A stretch of DNA of 64,000 bases from a virus. Under the pieces are notes generated by a model. It had not been told where the DNA came from and made no database searches. It was given only the letters and a program-made list of their open reading frames with translations. The first letter of the stretch is position 1. Every line of letters begins with the position of its first letter. Shown here piece after piece: positions 52,586 through 61,707 of this stretch. The DNA lies in the IMG/VR virus record IMGVR_UViG_3300033182_000487, positions 49,149-113,148 of that record; one strand, 5' to 3'. The position numbers were made by a program, and so were the translations under genes.

Positions 52586-55287
52586 TGGCGTTCCTCAAGC
52601 GAGCCAGTGCAGTAGTCGTCCACCCCCGCATCTCAGGGCGCGGTTGGGGCGGCATCCGCAAGACCGCATCCTCGGGATCATCGCGAAACCTGACCGACCA
52701 GGCGCGAGAAATCCTCGGGACATCGCTGTCCTCCGACGACTACCTCGTGACCCACTGCACCATCGTGGCGTCTGTGGATACCGACAAGGCCCCCAACGTG
52801 AAGTTGGGCAACGTCAAGGTCGGCACCCAGACGGTCAACCGTCGGTGGGACGACTACCTGATCAAGCCTGAGTGCTCGCAGTTCGTGAACAACAACGGCG
52901 ACTCGTGGAGCCGTGCGGTGTTGAAGATGGCGTACCCGACCTTCATCGGGGCGCACAACTTCCGCGAGCACGTCCAGATCGAGGAGCAGTCGAAGGGCCG
53001 GATCATCGACGCTGTGGCGCGTGACATCGGCGACTCGCTCTATGTGGACATCCTCGTCGCCACGAACCGCAAGCACGCGGCGCTGGTGCAGGACATCGAA
53101 TCCGGGAAGATGGCAACCCTCTCCATGGGCTGCTTCCTGCCGGGGACCATGGTGTCCCTTGCCGATGGGACTCGGATCCCCATCGAGGACATCCAGCCCG
53201 GCGACATGGTTCTGACCCACAAGGGTCGTGCCCGCCCCGTCGTGAACCAACAGATCCGTCGTCGCCACTGGACCTTGCGGCATATCACCGCCGTCGGAGT
53301 CCCCGAAACCATCTCGGCCACGGACACACACCCGTTCTTCGTGTTTCGCGCCCCGGAGGTTTGCGCCTGCGGCTGCGGTGAGCGCCTTCCCGAAATCAAG
53401 AACCAGACCCTTCGTTCCATGTCCCGTCGGTTCAAGCGCGGCCATGACAAGCGGGTCTTCAATCCCATGACTACCTACTCGTTGGATGAGTGCCGTGAAC
53501 GCACGGATCGTCTTGCGAACATCATGTCGGATGTGGAGATGGAGGAGGTTCGAGCAGCCGAACTCAAGGTCGGTGACTTCCTCTGCTTCCCTCGTGCTCA
53601 GTTTGACGGGGAGATTCCCGCAGAAGGGGTCACTGAAGGCCGCGCTCGCCTTCTCGGGTACTACTTGGCCGAAGGCAGCCTTATCAAGTACAAGGGTGCG
53701 CCCACTGGAGTGGAGTTCTGCTTTTCCCTCGATGAGCAGGACACCTACTGCGCTGAGGTGGCAGACCTTCTTCGGACGGAGTTCCCCGGAAACGAGCCTC
53801 GCCTCCATACCCGAGAGGACAGGAATACCTGTACGGTGATTCTGTCTGGTGCGGACACCGCGCAGTGGTTCCTTGATCATGGTGGTGAGTATTCTCATCG
53901 CAAGAGACTCCACCCTGATGTGGTCCGCTGGCCTGTGTCCGTTCAGAAGGCTCTTGTTGGGGCATGGGTGAATGGTGACGGCACCCTGACCAAGAAGGGT
54001 GTGACGGAAGGGGTGACCACCTCTTACGATCTCGCATGTCAGATGCACCTGATCGCTTCTCGGTGCGGGGCCTTCGTGAACACCTATGCGACTGTCCGTG
54101 GTCGTAAGGTGGCCGTTCGTGAGGTCGTCAACGGCGGCGTGGTGGTTCGGGATGAGGCGACGGGGCGTTTCCCCGCGTTCACCCTTCGTATGGGTCAGAC
54201 GCAGGCGCAAGTGTTTGCGGGACATACCGACAAGGTTGTGTCTGACCCTCACTTCAAGTCTCAGGGGGTGCGGGTTACGGACGATGTGGTGATGTTCCCG
54301 ATCACAGCCATCGTAGATGAACCATACTTCGGCTTCGTCTACGACTTGGAAGTTGATGAGGACCACTCATACATCGTGGAAGGTGTTGCCGTACACAACT
54401 GCACCACCGACTTCACGACCTGTACGAAGTGCGGCCACTTCGCTGTGGACGAGACGCAACTGTGTGACCACATCAAGTACGCGAAACTCAACACCTTCAT
54501 GGACGACAGCGGCCAGAAGCGTGTGATCGCAGAACTCTGTGGGCACGAGACCTACCACGACAACCCGGACGCCCCCGGTGGGGTCAGGTTCATCGAGGCC
54601 AGTTGGGTCGCGGTTCCTGCGTTCCCCGGCGCGGTGATGCGGAACATCCTTGATCCCAGCCAGGCGACCGACGACCAGGTCCGCAAGGTGCTCGCCTCTC
54701 CCCCTGCTCAGTGGTCTGACCACGCCGTGCAGAAGGCTGCGTCGATGACGGCTCTCGCCTTCGACTTCGGGGGTGACGACGAGGAAGACGAGGCCCCCGC
54801 GAAGGACGAGACGCCGAAGCCTCCGTTCCAGGAGGTCGAGGACGCGGTGTACGAGGCCCTCAAGGTCCGGGTCAAGGAACGTCTGGAGCGTGATCTCGCC
54901 CAGAGGGCTATCGAGGAGTCGGAGCCTGCCGACGCCATGGGCCCCAACGACAACATCATGAAGGAAGCCGCGTCTCACCACATGGCTTCCGTCAACACGC
55001 TTGTACGGGTAGCGTCTTCCCCAGTCGCACTGGTGGATGGTGTGGCCGCGATTGATTCCGCACACGGGATCAAGGTGGCACGGCATCTCTACCGGGTGGC
55101 ACTGGAGGCGGGCATTCCCACCAATCACCCATCTCTTGACCGTTACCTGTTCGCCTGTAAGAAGGCCGCTGGTCGCGGACTGAGTCCTGCCGAAACTCGG
55201 GTTGTGATCCGGCTCGGCACCTTGCTGGCTCGTTGGGCCAGCGTCAACAACCCCAAACCCCACTATCCTAAGAGGAGACTGCCATGA
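52585..55287 (+). CDS. Putative prohead maturation protease with intein
   Basis: NNNGDSW, TFIGAHNFREH, KGRIIDAV, TLSMG|C, FIEASWVAVPAF; lies upstream of scaffold and capsid. Confidence 0.7.
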   Translation: MAFLKRASAVVVHPRISGRGWGGIRKTASSGSSRNLTDQAREILGTSLSSDDYLVTHCTIVASVDTDKAPNVKLGNVKVGTQTVNRRWDDYLIKPECSQFVNNNGDSWSRAVLKMAYPTFIGAHNFREHVQIEEQSKGRIIDAVARDIGDSLYVDILVATNRKHAALVQDIESGKMATLSMGCFLPGTMVSLADGTRIPIEDIQPGDMVLTHKGRARPVVNQQIRRRHWTLRHITAVGVPETISATDTHPFFVFRAPEVCACGCGERLPEIKNQTLRSMSRRFKRGHDKRVFNPMTTYSLDECRERTDRLANIMSDVEMEEVRAAELKVGDFLCFPRAQFDGEIPAEGVTEGRARLLGYYLAEGSLIKYKGAPTGVEFCFSLDEQDTYCAEVADLLRTEFPGNEPRLHTREDRNTCTVILSGADTAQWFLDHGGEYSHRKRLHPDVVRWPVSVQKALVGAWVNGDGTLTKKGVTEGVTTSYDLACQMHLIASRCGAFVNTYATVRGRKVAVREVVNGGVVVRDEATGRFPAFTLRMGQTQAQVFAGHTDKVVSDPHFKSQGVRVTDDVVMFPITAIVDEPYFGFVYDLEVDEDHSYIVEGVAVHNCTTDFTTCTKCGHFAVDETQLCDHIKYAKLNTFMDDSGQKRVIAELCGHETYHDNPDAPGGVRFIEASWVAVPAFPGAVMRNILDPSQATDDQVRKVLASPPAQWSDHAVQKAASMTALAFDFGGDDEEDEAPAKDETPKPPFQEVEDAVYEALKVRVKERLERDLAQRAIEESEPADAMGPNDNIMKEAASHHMASVNTLVRVASSPVALVDGVAAIDSAHGIKVARHLYRVALEAGIPTNHPSLDRYLFACKKAAGRGLSPAETRVVIRLGTLLARWASVNNPKPHYPKRRLP
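53131..54399 (+). mobile_element. Intein (423 aa) with LAGLIDADG homing endonuclease
   Basis: Starts CFLPGT; TDTHPF block B; LLGYYLAEGS and LVGAWVNGDG; ends VYDLEV...AVHN before Cys. Confidence 0.92.
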
Positions 55288-56759
55288 GCCGTCAACGAAT
55301 GACTTGGACAGACCGTGGGGTGTCTCGGCGCGCCTCCGAGCACCCTGCTACCCCCGACGAGGGACCGGCTTCCCCCGCCTACAAGGCCGAGCCCGGCCCC
55401 GACGCCTACAAGAGCGGAGACACCTCCGCGTGGGCTGAGGATCCCCATCCCGGCCCCTACGAGAACGGTGAGCACCCCGCCACGCCCGACGAGGGTCCGG
55501 CCAGCCCCGCCTACAAGGCTGCCGCCCTGGAACGCAAGGCTGCGAAGTGCATCCGTCTCGCCACCGCCATGCTCGGTGAGGACGCTGGTGTCGCTGCCAT
55601 CGAGAACCAGGCTCTCGCTCTGATGGACCTCCCCGACCGTTCGATCAAGGCCAGCCTTGCTCGCATCGCCGAGGACGCCGACGAGGCCATCGACGAGGAC
55701 GACGCCGCCGAGGCTGAGGAAGACCTCAAGGAGGAAGGCAAGAAGAAGGCTTCCCTCACCGACCGCATCGCTCGCCTTGAGCGTGTGCTCGTCAAGTTGG
55801 CTGAGTCCGAGGATCCCGAGGGAGACGACGACGATGACGACGGGTCCGAAGACCCCGAGGGGGATGACGACGACGACGGCAGCGAGGACATGAAGAAGAA
55901 GGCCGCCGACGACGAGGAGATGGACGAGGAAGACGAGTCCATGATGAAGAAGAAGTCGGCCCTGGAGCGCCGCATGGACCGCATCGAGCGCGTCCTGCAC
56001 CGTCTCGCTGGAGACGAGGGCAAGGGCGGCACCGAGGACAAGGCTGCTGAGACCATCCAGGAGGAGGTCGAGCACGCTGCCGAGGACAAGAAGGCTTACT
56101 GGCAGCCTGGACATCGCTCCGAGGGCGGCTGGGATCCCGGTCACATGGAGAGCATGGGCGACGACGAGGAAGCCATGCTTGATATGATGCTCGCGGAAGA
56201 AGGCATGGGCCATGACCACGAGGCCATGGGCGAGTACATGGATGACGAGGAGTCCATGCTTGAGAAGATGATGCTGGAGGAGATGCGTCACGAGGAGGGC
56301 ATGGACCAGAACGATCCCGCCCACTTTGAGTCGATGGGCCACGACCATGAGTCCATGGATGACGAGTCGATGGAAGCCGAGGTTGCCGTGATGGACCCCA
56401 TGGGTCTGGACGGCGACGAGATCGTGGAGGAGGATGACATGATGATCCTCGCTTCTCTGTTCGGCAAGGAAGCCGGTGACCTCAAGGACGAGGACAAGAA
56501 GGAGAAGGAAGACCACGAGAAGGGTGCCATCGCCGACGACAAGGACCACATCGAGAAGTTGGAGAAGGACGAAGACGAGGACGCCGAGGATCTGGCGAAG
56601 GATGAGGAGTCGAAGAAGAAGGCTGCTCTCCGTCCCCAGCCGAAGCGGGCCAGCACCGGGGCGAAGACCCTGGGCGGCGTGTCGAAGGAAGCGGCTTCCG
56701 AGGTCGGTGACCTCAGCAAGTTGTGGGAGTCGGCCCCCGACGTGAGCAAGTTCTTCTAA
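55284..56759 (+). CDS. Acidic scaffold-like protein
   Basis: D/E/M-rich with internal repeats; between protease and capsid genes. Confidence 0.65.
   Translation: MSRQRMTWTDRGVSRRASEHPATPDEGPASPAYKAEPGPDAYKSGDTSAWAEDPHPGPYENGEHPATPDEGPASPAYKAAALERKAAKCIRLATAMLGEDAGVAAIENQALALMDLPDRSIKASLARIAEDADEAIDEDDAAEAEEDLKEEGKKKASLTDRIARLERVLVKLAESEDPEGDDDDDDGSEDPEGDDDDDGSEDMKKKAADDEEMDEEDESMMKKKSALERRMDRIERVLHRLAGDEGKGGTEDKAAETIQEEVEHAAEDKKAYWQPGHRSEGGWDPGHMESMGDDEEAMLDMMLAEEGMGHDHEAMGEYMDDEESMLEKMMLEEMRHEEGMDQNDPAHFESMGHDHESMDDESMEAEVAVMDPMGLDGDEIVEEDDMMILASLFGKEAGDLKDEDKKEKEDHEKGAIADDKDHIEKLEKDEDEDAEDLAKDEESKKKAALRPQPKRASTGAKTLGGVSKEAASEVGDLSKLWESAPDVSKFF
55338..55520 (+). repeat. Duplicated EHPATPDEGPASPAYKA unit in scaffold
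   Basis: Two identical 17-aa copies with synonymous DNA differences. Confidence 0.8.
55805..55888 (+). repeat. Tandem 39-nt repeat (SEDPEGDDDDDDG x2)
   Basis: Visible in DNA and protein. Confidence 0.75.
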
Positions 56760-56781
56760 GCCTCTCGGCTGGAAGACCCCT

Positions 56782-56818
56782 CAAACGCCCTGTCAGGCCC
56801 GCCCTGACAGGGCGTTTG
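56782..56818 (+). terminator. Intrinsic terminator after scaffold gene
   Basis: CAAACGCCCTGTCAGG / CCTGACAGGGCGTTTG inverted repeat. Confidence 0.75.
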
Positions 56819-56872
56819 TCCGTTCACGGTCCGACTTTTCCGCCTACCGGACAGACTTTGTGGATTCGGTTT

Positions 56873-56887
56873 CAATACCCGTCCTAT
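56873..56887 (+). promoter_or_regulatory. Class II motif variant CAATAC-N5-CTAT
   Basis: Like the copy before the sheath (both TAC-CC..-CTATATC); upstream of capsid genes. Confidence 0.5.
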
Positions 56888-56989
56888 ATCAGCCCGTAAG
56901 GGTAGGACATCCACGTCCACTCCGAGGTTCGCCTCGGGTCAATCAAACCCCGCCCCTGTAAACAGGGAGCACAGTCAAGGAGAATCATC

Positions 56990-57577
56990 ATGGCTTTGCT
57001 TGGACAGGCTTCGGGTGCATGGACCGAAAGTTCCTCGGCCCTTCGTCTTCTGCACGTTGGGATTCGGAACACGGTCGGCATCCTGACCCTCGATTCCTTC
57101 ACTCAGACCAACCCGCCCACGGCCACGCTCGGCACCAGCACCTCCGCTGGTATGGACACGGCCACCCTCGGCGTCCTCTCCGGTTCCGTCGCGTTCACTC
57201 GCGGTGACCAGGGAGCCAACGAGATCGGCGGCGTCGGCTCTACCGCTGCTGCGACGGCTACCGTCCAGGAACTGGGCGTCTTCATCAACACCGCTGTCGG
57301 CAACGCCTACGAGAACACCCCCGGTGTCGCCTCGGGCAAGGGCCCCTACGTCTCCGGGCAGGGCACCTACGCCAACAGCCTCTACGAGACCCTGGACAAC
57401 GCGGCTGCGGCTCTCACCTACACCACGGGTGACGAACTGTACGCTTCGCACAACGGCTACCTCACCAACGGTGTGGCCGCTGACCGCTACCACGGGGCCA
57501 ACGCCATCGTCATGGGTATCCTCAAGATGCCCGCCGACGCTGTGCAGCCTGAAATCGTCTACGATCAGCGCATCTGA
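56990..57577 (+). CDS. Capsid decoration/cement-like protein
   Basis: Directly before the MCP; ASGKGP and YTTGDELYAS.NGYLTN. Confidence 0.6.
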   Translation: MALLGQASGAWTESSSALRLLHVGIRNTVGILTLDSFTQTNPPTATLGTSTSAGMDTATLGVLSGSVAFTRGDQGANEIGGVGSTAAATATVQELGVFINTAVGNAYENTPGVASGKGPYVSGQGTYANSLYETLDNAAAALTYTTGDELYASHNGYLTNGVAADRYHGANAIVMGILKMPADAVQPEIVYDQRI

Positions 57578-57613
57578 TCCAACTTCCAACCTTCAACTCT
57601 CAGGAGAACTCTC

Positions 57614-58486
57614 ATGTCTGTGAACAACAGCGTAAAGGCGAAGTTGATCAGCGAGTACATCGGCACTGCGTCCGGTCGTGCAAAGTTGGCTGCTTCGATG
57701 ACCCAGCCCCTCCGTCTTCGTCGCGACTACATGGCCGTTGGCCGGAAGACATTTCTTGTGGAGCAGTTGCCTGATGGCGCGCTCCCGATCTACGACAAGG
57801 ATGCGGACGTCACCGCATACGTCGTCGGCGAGGAGGGCGAGAACATCATCGCCGTCACCAAGCCGCGTCGTGTGATCTTCCCGCTCTTTGAGATCGCGTC
57901 CAACCCCGAGATCCCGCTCACCCAGATCAAGGAGCGCCGCTTCGACCTGATCGAGCGTGCTCAGGATCTGGCTCGTGCCCAGATCCAGGCTGCGGAAGAC
58001 GAGCGTGTCTTCGCCGTCCTCGATGCCATCGCCACCAACGGCTTCGACAGCGTGGGAGCCGTCAACGCGGACATCCCCGTCGTCGCTCCCCTCAGTGGTG
58101 ACGTCCTCGCCGACGCATTCAGCCTGATCGAGCGCCATGATCTGCGGGTTGCCCGTGTGTTCATGAACGCCCGTGACTACGCTGACCTGCGGAAGTTCGG
58201 ACGCGACATCCTGGACATCGAGACCCAGCGCGACCTGCTCAAGACCGGTCTGATGGCTACCCTCTGGGGTGCCCAGATCATCGTCAGCCGCCTGGTTCCC
58301 GTGGGCACGGTCTACGTCTGCTGCGAGCCGGAGATGTTCGGTCGGATGCCTGTCCGCACGGAACTCACGGTCCTCAGCGCCGACGACCCGAAGGCCCGTA
58401 CCATCGGTTTCTCGTGCTTTGAGAACCTCGGTATCGGCGCGTTCAACCCTCGCGGTCTGGTCCGTCTGACCATCACCCGTCCGTAG
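57614..58486 (+). CDS. Major capsid protein
   Basis: Last gene of the head cluster; AYVVGEEG, IQAAEDERVF, VFMNARDYADL, GLMATLWGAQIIVS, GIGAFNP HK97-like pattern; terminator follows. Confidence 0.8.
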   Translation: MSVNNSVKAKLISEYIGTASGRAKLAASMTQPLRLRRDYMAVGRKTFLVEQLPDGALPIYDKDADVTAYVVGEEGENIIAVTKPRRVIFPLFEIASNPEIPLTQIKERRFDLIERAQDLARAQIQAAEDERVFAVLDAIATNGFDSVGAVNADIPVVAPLSGDVLADAFSLIERHDLRVARVFMNARDYADLRKFGRDILDIETQRDLLKTGLMATLWGAQIIVSRLVPVGTVYVCCEPEMFGRMPVRTELTVLSADDPKARTIGFSCFENLGIGAFNPRGLVRLTITRP

Positions 58487-58515
58487 TCGAAAAAACCCTT
58501 CTGAGGGGCGTTTTC

Positions 58516-58548
58516 AAAACCCCGGTAGGGCAACCTACCGGGGTTTTT
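58516..58548 (+). terminator. Intrinsic terminator after MCP
   Basis: AAAACCCCGGTAGG-GCAA-CCTACCGGGGTTTTT. Confidence 0.85.
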
Positions 58549-58689
58549 CGCGTTTATATGTGTTGGATTTTCGGAGGGTTGGTCCATTTTCAGGCCCTCT
58601 TTGATTTAGCCCCTTTGCGTATACCTGTCTGAAACACTGCCGGGTTGTATACGTTTGCGGAGATTTCGCGGCTTCGGTACAATGGCAGC

Positions 58690-60639
58690 ATGTATACTCT
58701 CGATGACCTCACACCAGACCTTCTTCGCCGCTTGTACTGCGATGACCTTCTCACGGAGAAGGTCATCGCGGAGCGGTACGGGACATACCAAGTCAAGATC
58801 AACCGGCTTCGGAAGAAGTGGGGGATCACGACACTCGGCAAGACAGGAAGACGTACAGCGTCCCTGTCACCACTGACGGACAAGCAGCGTGATCTGGTGT
58901 TGGGATCGTTGCTGGGAGATGGCTACTTGATGACTCCAAGTGATGCCACCGCCGCGTTCTGTGAGTCACATTCACAGAAGCAGTCCGCATACCTCCGCTG
59001 GAAAGGGGGCATCCTCGGAGATCATGTTTCCAGTTACACGCCCACCACCAAACAGAGTGGGGGCAAGGTGTTCCGAGGGGAACGCCTTACGGGTGTGGCC
59101 AGCACGCATATGCGTGAGTTCTACGACTTGTTCTATGCCCGGAATCCCGACGACAAGAGGATGTTCCCGTCGGATCTCTACAAGAGGCTCACGCCGTTTT
59201 CGTTGGCAGTCTGGTTTATGGACGATGGGAGTCTGATGGCTCGTTACCATCCCCGGATCACATTCGGCCTCGACGCCTTGAGCCTCAAGCGTGCGCTTCG
59301 TGCGCTTCGTGCTCTGGGGTTGAAGCCCAAGGTGCATGATGGCAACAGGGCACAGACGATTACATTTCCCGGTCAAGGCAAGGACTTCTTCGACCTTGTT
59401 TCTCCTCATGTGCCCGAGTGCATGGCGTACAAGTTGCCCTCGGAGGACACGCCCCGGCGTTTGGTGGACGGGAACGCCAAGAAGTTGAGTCCAGATCGGG
59501 CACGGGCTCTCTATGAAGGGGGAATGTCTCTGGGCGAACTCGCCTCTCTGTACGGGGTGGGGAGGTCTACCGCGAAGCGTAGGGTGCTTGCTGGAGGTGG
59601 GAGCCTTCGCGGTGCGGGACGCAAAGCACGGTCTTACTCACGGGAAGCGGCGGACGAGGTGTTGTCAGCGTACTCCCCGAAGGATTGGCCGACACTTCCC
59701 GACTCCCGCAAGGATCAGTGGGTCGATGAGGTCTTTGCCGTGCTCCGAAGCACTGGCTTTCCTGCTCCTGTCCCCTTGTCCGACAAGTCTTTCGACCGTG
59801 ATGTGGAGTTGGTTCGGCTGACCCAGTACCGGGTTGAGGACGAGACTTTGCATCCGTGGTCGGTGTCTGGCAACAGGGCTTGCCTCCCTTACTTCCCGAA
59901 CCGATACAAGGCGGCATCTCGCGGAGTTCGGACAGCGTTTGAAGCATGGCATGACGACAAGGTGTTGCGGTGGGCTATCCGATTCCAGTTGGATGCCGGT
60001 GATCCTGTTCTCCCGCACCGGGTCTTGCGTGCTGTGACCATGCAGCACCGCACCCCCAGTGTGTTTCGCCCTACGGTGGCTCGGTGGGTCTATGAAACCT
60101 ACTGCCGATCTGGAGGTAAGGTCTGGGACCCGTGCTCCGGGTATGGGGGCCGTTTGCTTGGAGCCTTCGCCGCTGGCGTTCGGTATGTCGCGACTGATGT
60201 TGAACCTGAGACTGTCGAGGGCAACCGGAGGCTTGCGGAGAGGCTTGGTTTCACGAACGTAGAGATCCACGAGTGCCCAGCGGAGCGGTTTGACCCCGGC
60301 ACCGTTGATCTCGTGTTCACCTCACCCCCGTACTTTGACCGGGAGCAGTATTCTGACCGTGACGGTCAGTCATGGGTGTCGCACGGTTCGGACTTTGATG
60401 CTTGGGTCGAGGGTTTCCTTCGTCCTGTGATCGCCACGGCGTACCAGAGGTCTCCCATGCTGGTCCTCAATGTGGCGGACATCCGAAAGAACCGGAAGTC
60501 GGTGCCTCTTGTAGATCGGACGATTCAGACGGCGGTGGCAGAGGGCTACACATTCAAAGAGCGCATCTGGATGCCTCTTGCGCGGCTGAACAGGACTCCC
60601 GAGAAGGCACGGGAGCCCCTTCTGGTGTTCAGCCGCTGA
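58690..60639 (+). CDS. LAGLIDADG endonuclease + HTH + amino-DNA methyltransferase fusion
   Basis: VLGSLLGDG, LAVWFMDDG; VWDPCSGYGGRLLG (SAM binding) and FTSPPYF; atypical codon usage. Confidence 0.8.
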   Translation: MYTLDDLTPDLLRRLYCDDLLTEKVIAERYGTYQVKINRLRKKWGITTLGKTGRRTASLSPLTDKQRDLVLGSLLGDGYLMTPSDATAAFCESHSQKQSAYLRWKGGILGDHVSSYTPTTKQSGGKVFRGERLTGVASTHMREFYDLFYARNPDDKRMFPSDLYKRLTPFSLAVWFMDDGSLMARYHPRITFGLDALSLKRALRALRALGLKPKVHDGNRAQTITFPGQGKDFFDLVSPHVPECMAYKLPSEDTPRRLVDGNAKKLSPDRARALYEGGMSLGELASLYGVGRSTAKRRVLAGGGSLRGAGRKARSYSREAADEVLSAYSPKDWPTLPDSRKDQWVDEVFAVLRSTGFPAPVPLSDKSFDRDVELVRLTQYRVEDETLHPWSVSGNRACLPYFPNRYKAASRGVRTAFEAWHDDKVLRWAIRFQLDAGDPVLPHRVLRAVTMQHRTPSVFRPTVARWVYETYCRSGGKVWDPCSGYGGRLLGAFAAGVRYVATDVEPETVEGNRRLAERLGFTNVEIHECPAERFDPGTVDLVFTSPPYFDREQYSDRDGQSWVSHGSDFDAWVEGFLRPVIATAYQRSPMLVLNVADIRKNRKSVPLVDRTIQTAVAEGYTFKERIWMPLARLNRTPEKAREPLLVFSR

Positions 60640-60746
60640 GACGTTCTTGCGCGATCTCGGCACGGGCCTTCCGCTCGCTGCTCCGACGGGCGAGGATGCA
60701 GAGCAGATGGGTACTGTCCCTTGACCAAAGGGGTGTAGGAGTTGCC

Positions 60747-61346
60747 GTGCGAATCGCTGTCTCAGGAACCATCGGAGCAGGGAAGTCCACCCTGTGTGCC
60801 CATCTCTCAACCGCCCTCAAGTACGAGGTGTTTGAAGAACCCGTGGCCGACAATCCGTACCTGGAGGACTTCTACGCCGACCCGCACCGCTGGGCCTTCG
60901 ACGCTCAGGTGTTCATGATCTCGCATCGGTTCCGGCGGCAGATGGAGGCTGTTCATGCAGCCGAGAACAAGGGCTTCCTGCTGGACCGTTGCTTCCACGA
61001 GGACCGGGTGTTCGCTGAGGTCAACCACGAGATCGGCCACATCAGCGACCGCGACTGGGCGACCTACCTGCACCTGTACGAGTCCTTCTGCCGAATCGTT
61101 CCGCCCCCGGAGGTCGTCGTCTACCTCCAGACTGACCCCACGGTCGCCATGGGCCGCATCCAGAGCCGTGGTCGAGGATCAGAGCAGGAGATCCCCATGG
61201 ACTACATGACCCGGCTCCACGCGGCCTACGAACGCTGGGCTGAGGATATGGCCAGCAAGACGAAGGTGATCTCGGTCCCCTGGAACGACTACAGCACCCC
61301 CGGATGGCAGGGCGTCTACGACCGGCTGATCACTCCAGCGTCTTGA
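60747..61346 (+). CDS. Deoxynucleoside kinase
   Basis: IAVSGTIGAGKST, EPV, YLEDFY, LDRCFHED, RIQSRGR; AGGAG RBS before GTG. Confidence 0.88.
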   Translation: MRIAVSGTIGAGKSTLCAHLSTALKYEVFEEPVADNPYLEDFYADPHRWAFDAQVFMISHRFRRQMEAVHAAENKGFLLDRCFHEDRVFAEVNHEIGHISDRDWATYLHLYESFCRIVPPPEVVVYLQTDPTVAMGRIQSRGRGSEQEIPMDYMTRLHAAYERWAEDMASKTKVISVPWNDYSTPGWQGVYDRLITPAS

Positions 61347-61662
61347 GACGCTCGTACACCAGGTGGAAGTCCACGAAGTGCTCTGGGGTCGCCTCTCCGC
61401 AGAAGGGACAGTGGATGGACTTCGGGATGTCGTCCTCTCCCAGGTAAGCCGCCCACACTGAACCGCAGTTGGAGCACTGAGGGGCGTGCCAGGGCTGCAC
61501 CAGCCCCTCCTGCACCAGGACGTCCACGACCATCTGGGCCTGCCGCTCCGGTATCCCCACCTCCCGCGCCAGTTGCGGCACGGTGAAGAAGAACTCCCCC
61601 GACATCCGCTTCAACGCCTGTGGCCAGATTGGCTTCCCCACCTTGTCATCCATCCAGGCCAT
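61330..61662 (-). CDS. HTH + Zn-ribbon protein
   Basis: FTVPQLAREVGI; CSNC...CPFC; start moved to the ATG about 30 nt after a class II motif. Confidence 0.65.
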   Translation of the reverse strand: MAWMDDKVGKPIWPQALKRMSGEFFFTVPQLAREVGIPERQAQMVVDVLVQEGLVQPWHAPQCSNCGSVWAAYLGEDDIPKSIHCPFCGEATPEHFVDFHLVYERLKTLE

Positions 61663-61691
61663 CCCATCGCAATCCTCGATGTCCCAGACGG

Positions 61692-61706
61692 ATAGAGACG
61701 CCACCG
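61692..61706 (-). promoter_or_regulatory. Class II motif variant CGGTGG-N5-CTAT
   Basis: One mismatch; on the same strand as the downstream gene. Confidence 0.55.
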
Positions 61707-61707
61707 T

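Noticed and set aside
58523-58538. CGGTAG...CTAC after the MCP as a class II promoter
   Set aside because: Spacer is 6 nt and the sequence is explained by the terminator stem.
60402-60746. N-terminal extension of the deoxynucleoside kinase in the ORF track
   Set aside because: Overlaps the methylase gene; the RBS and P-loop position support GTG 60747.
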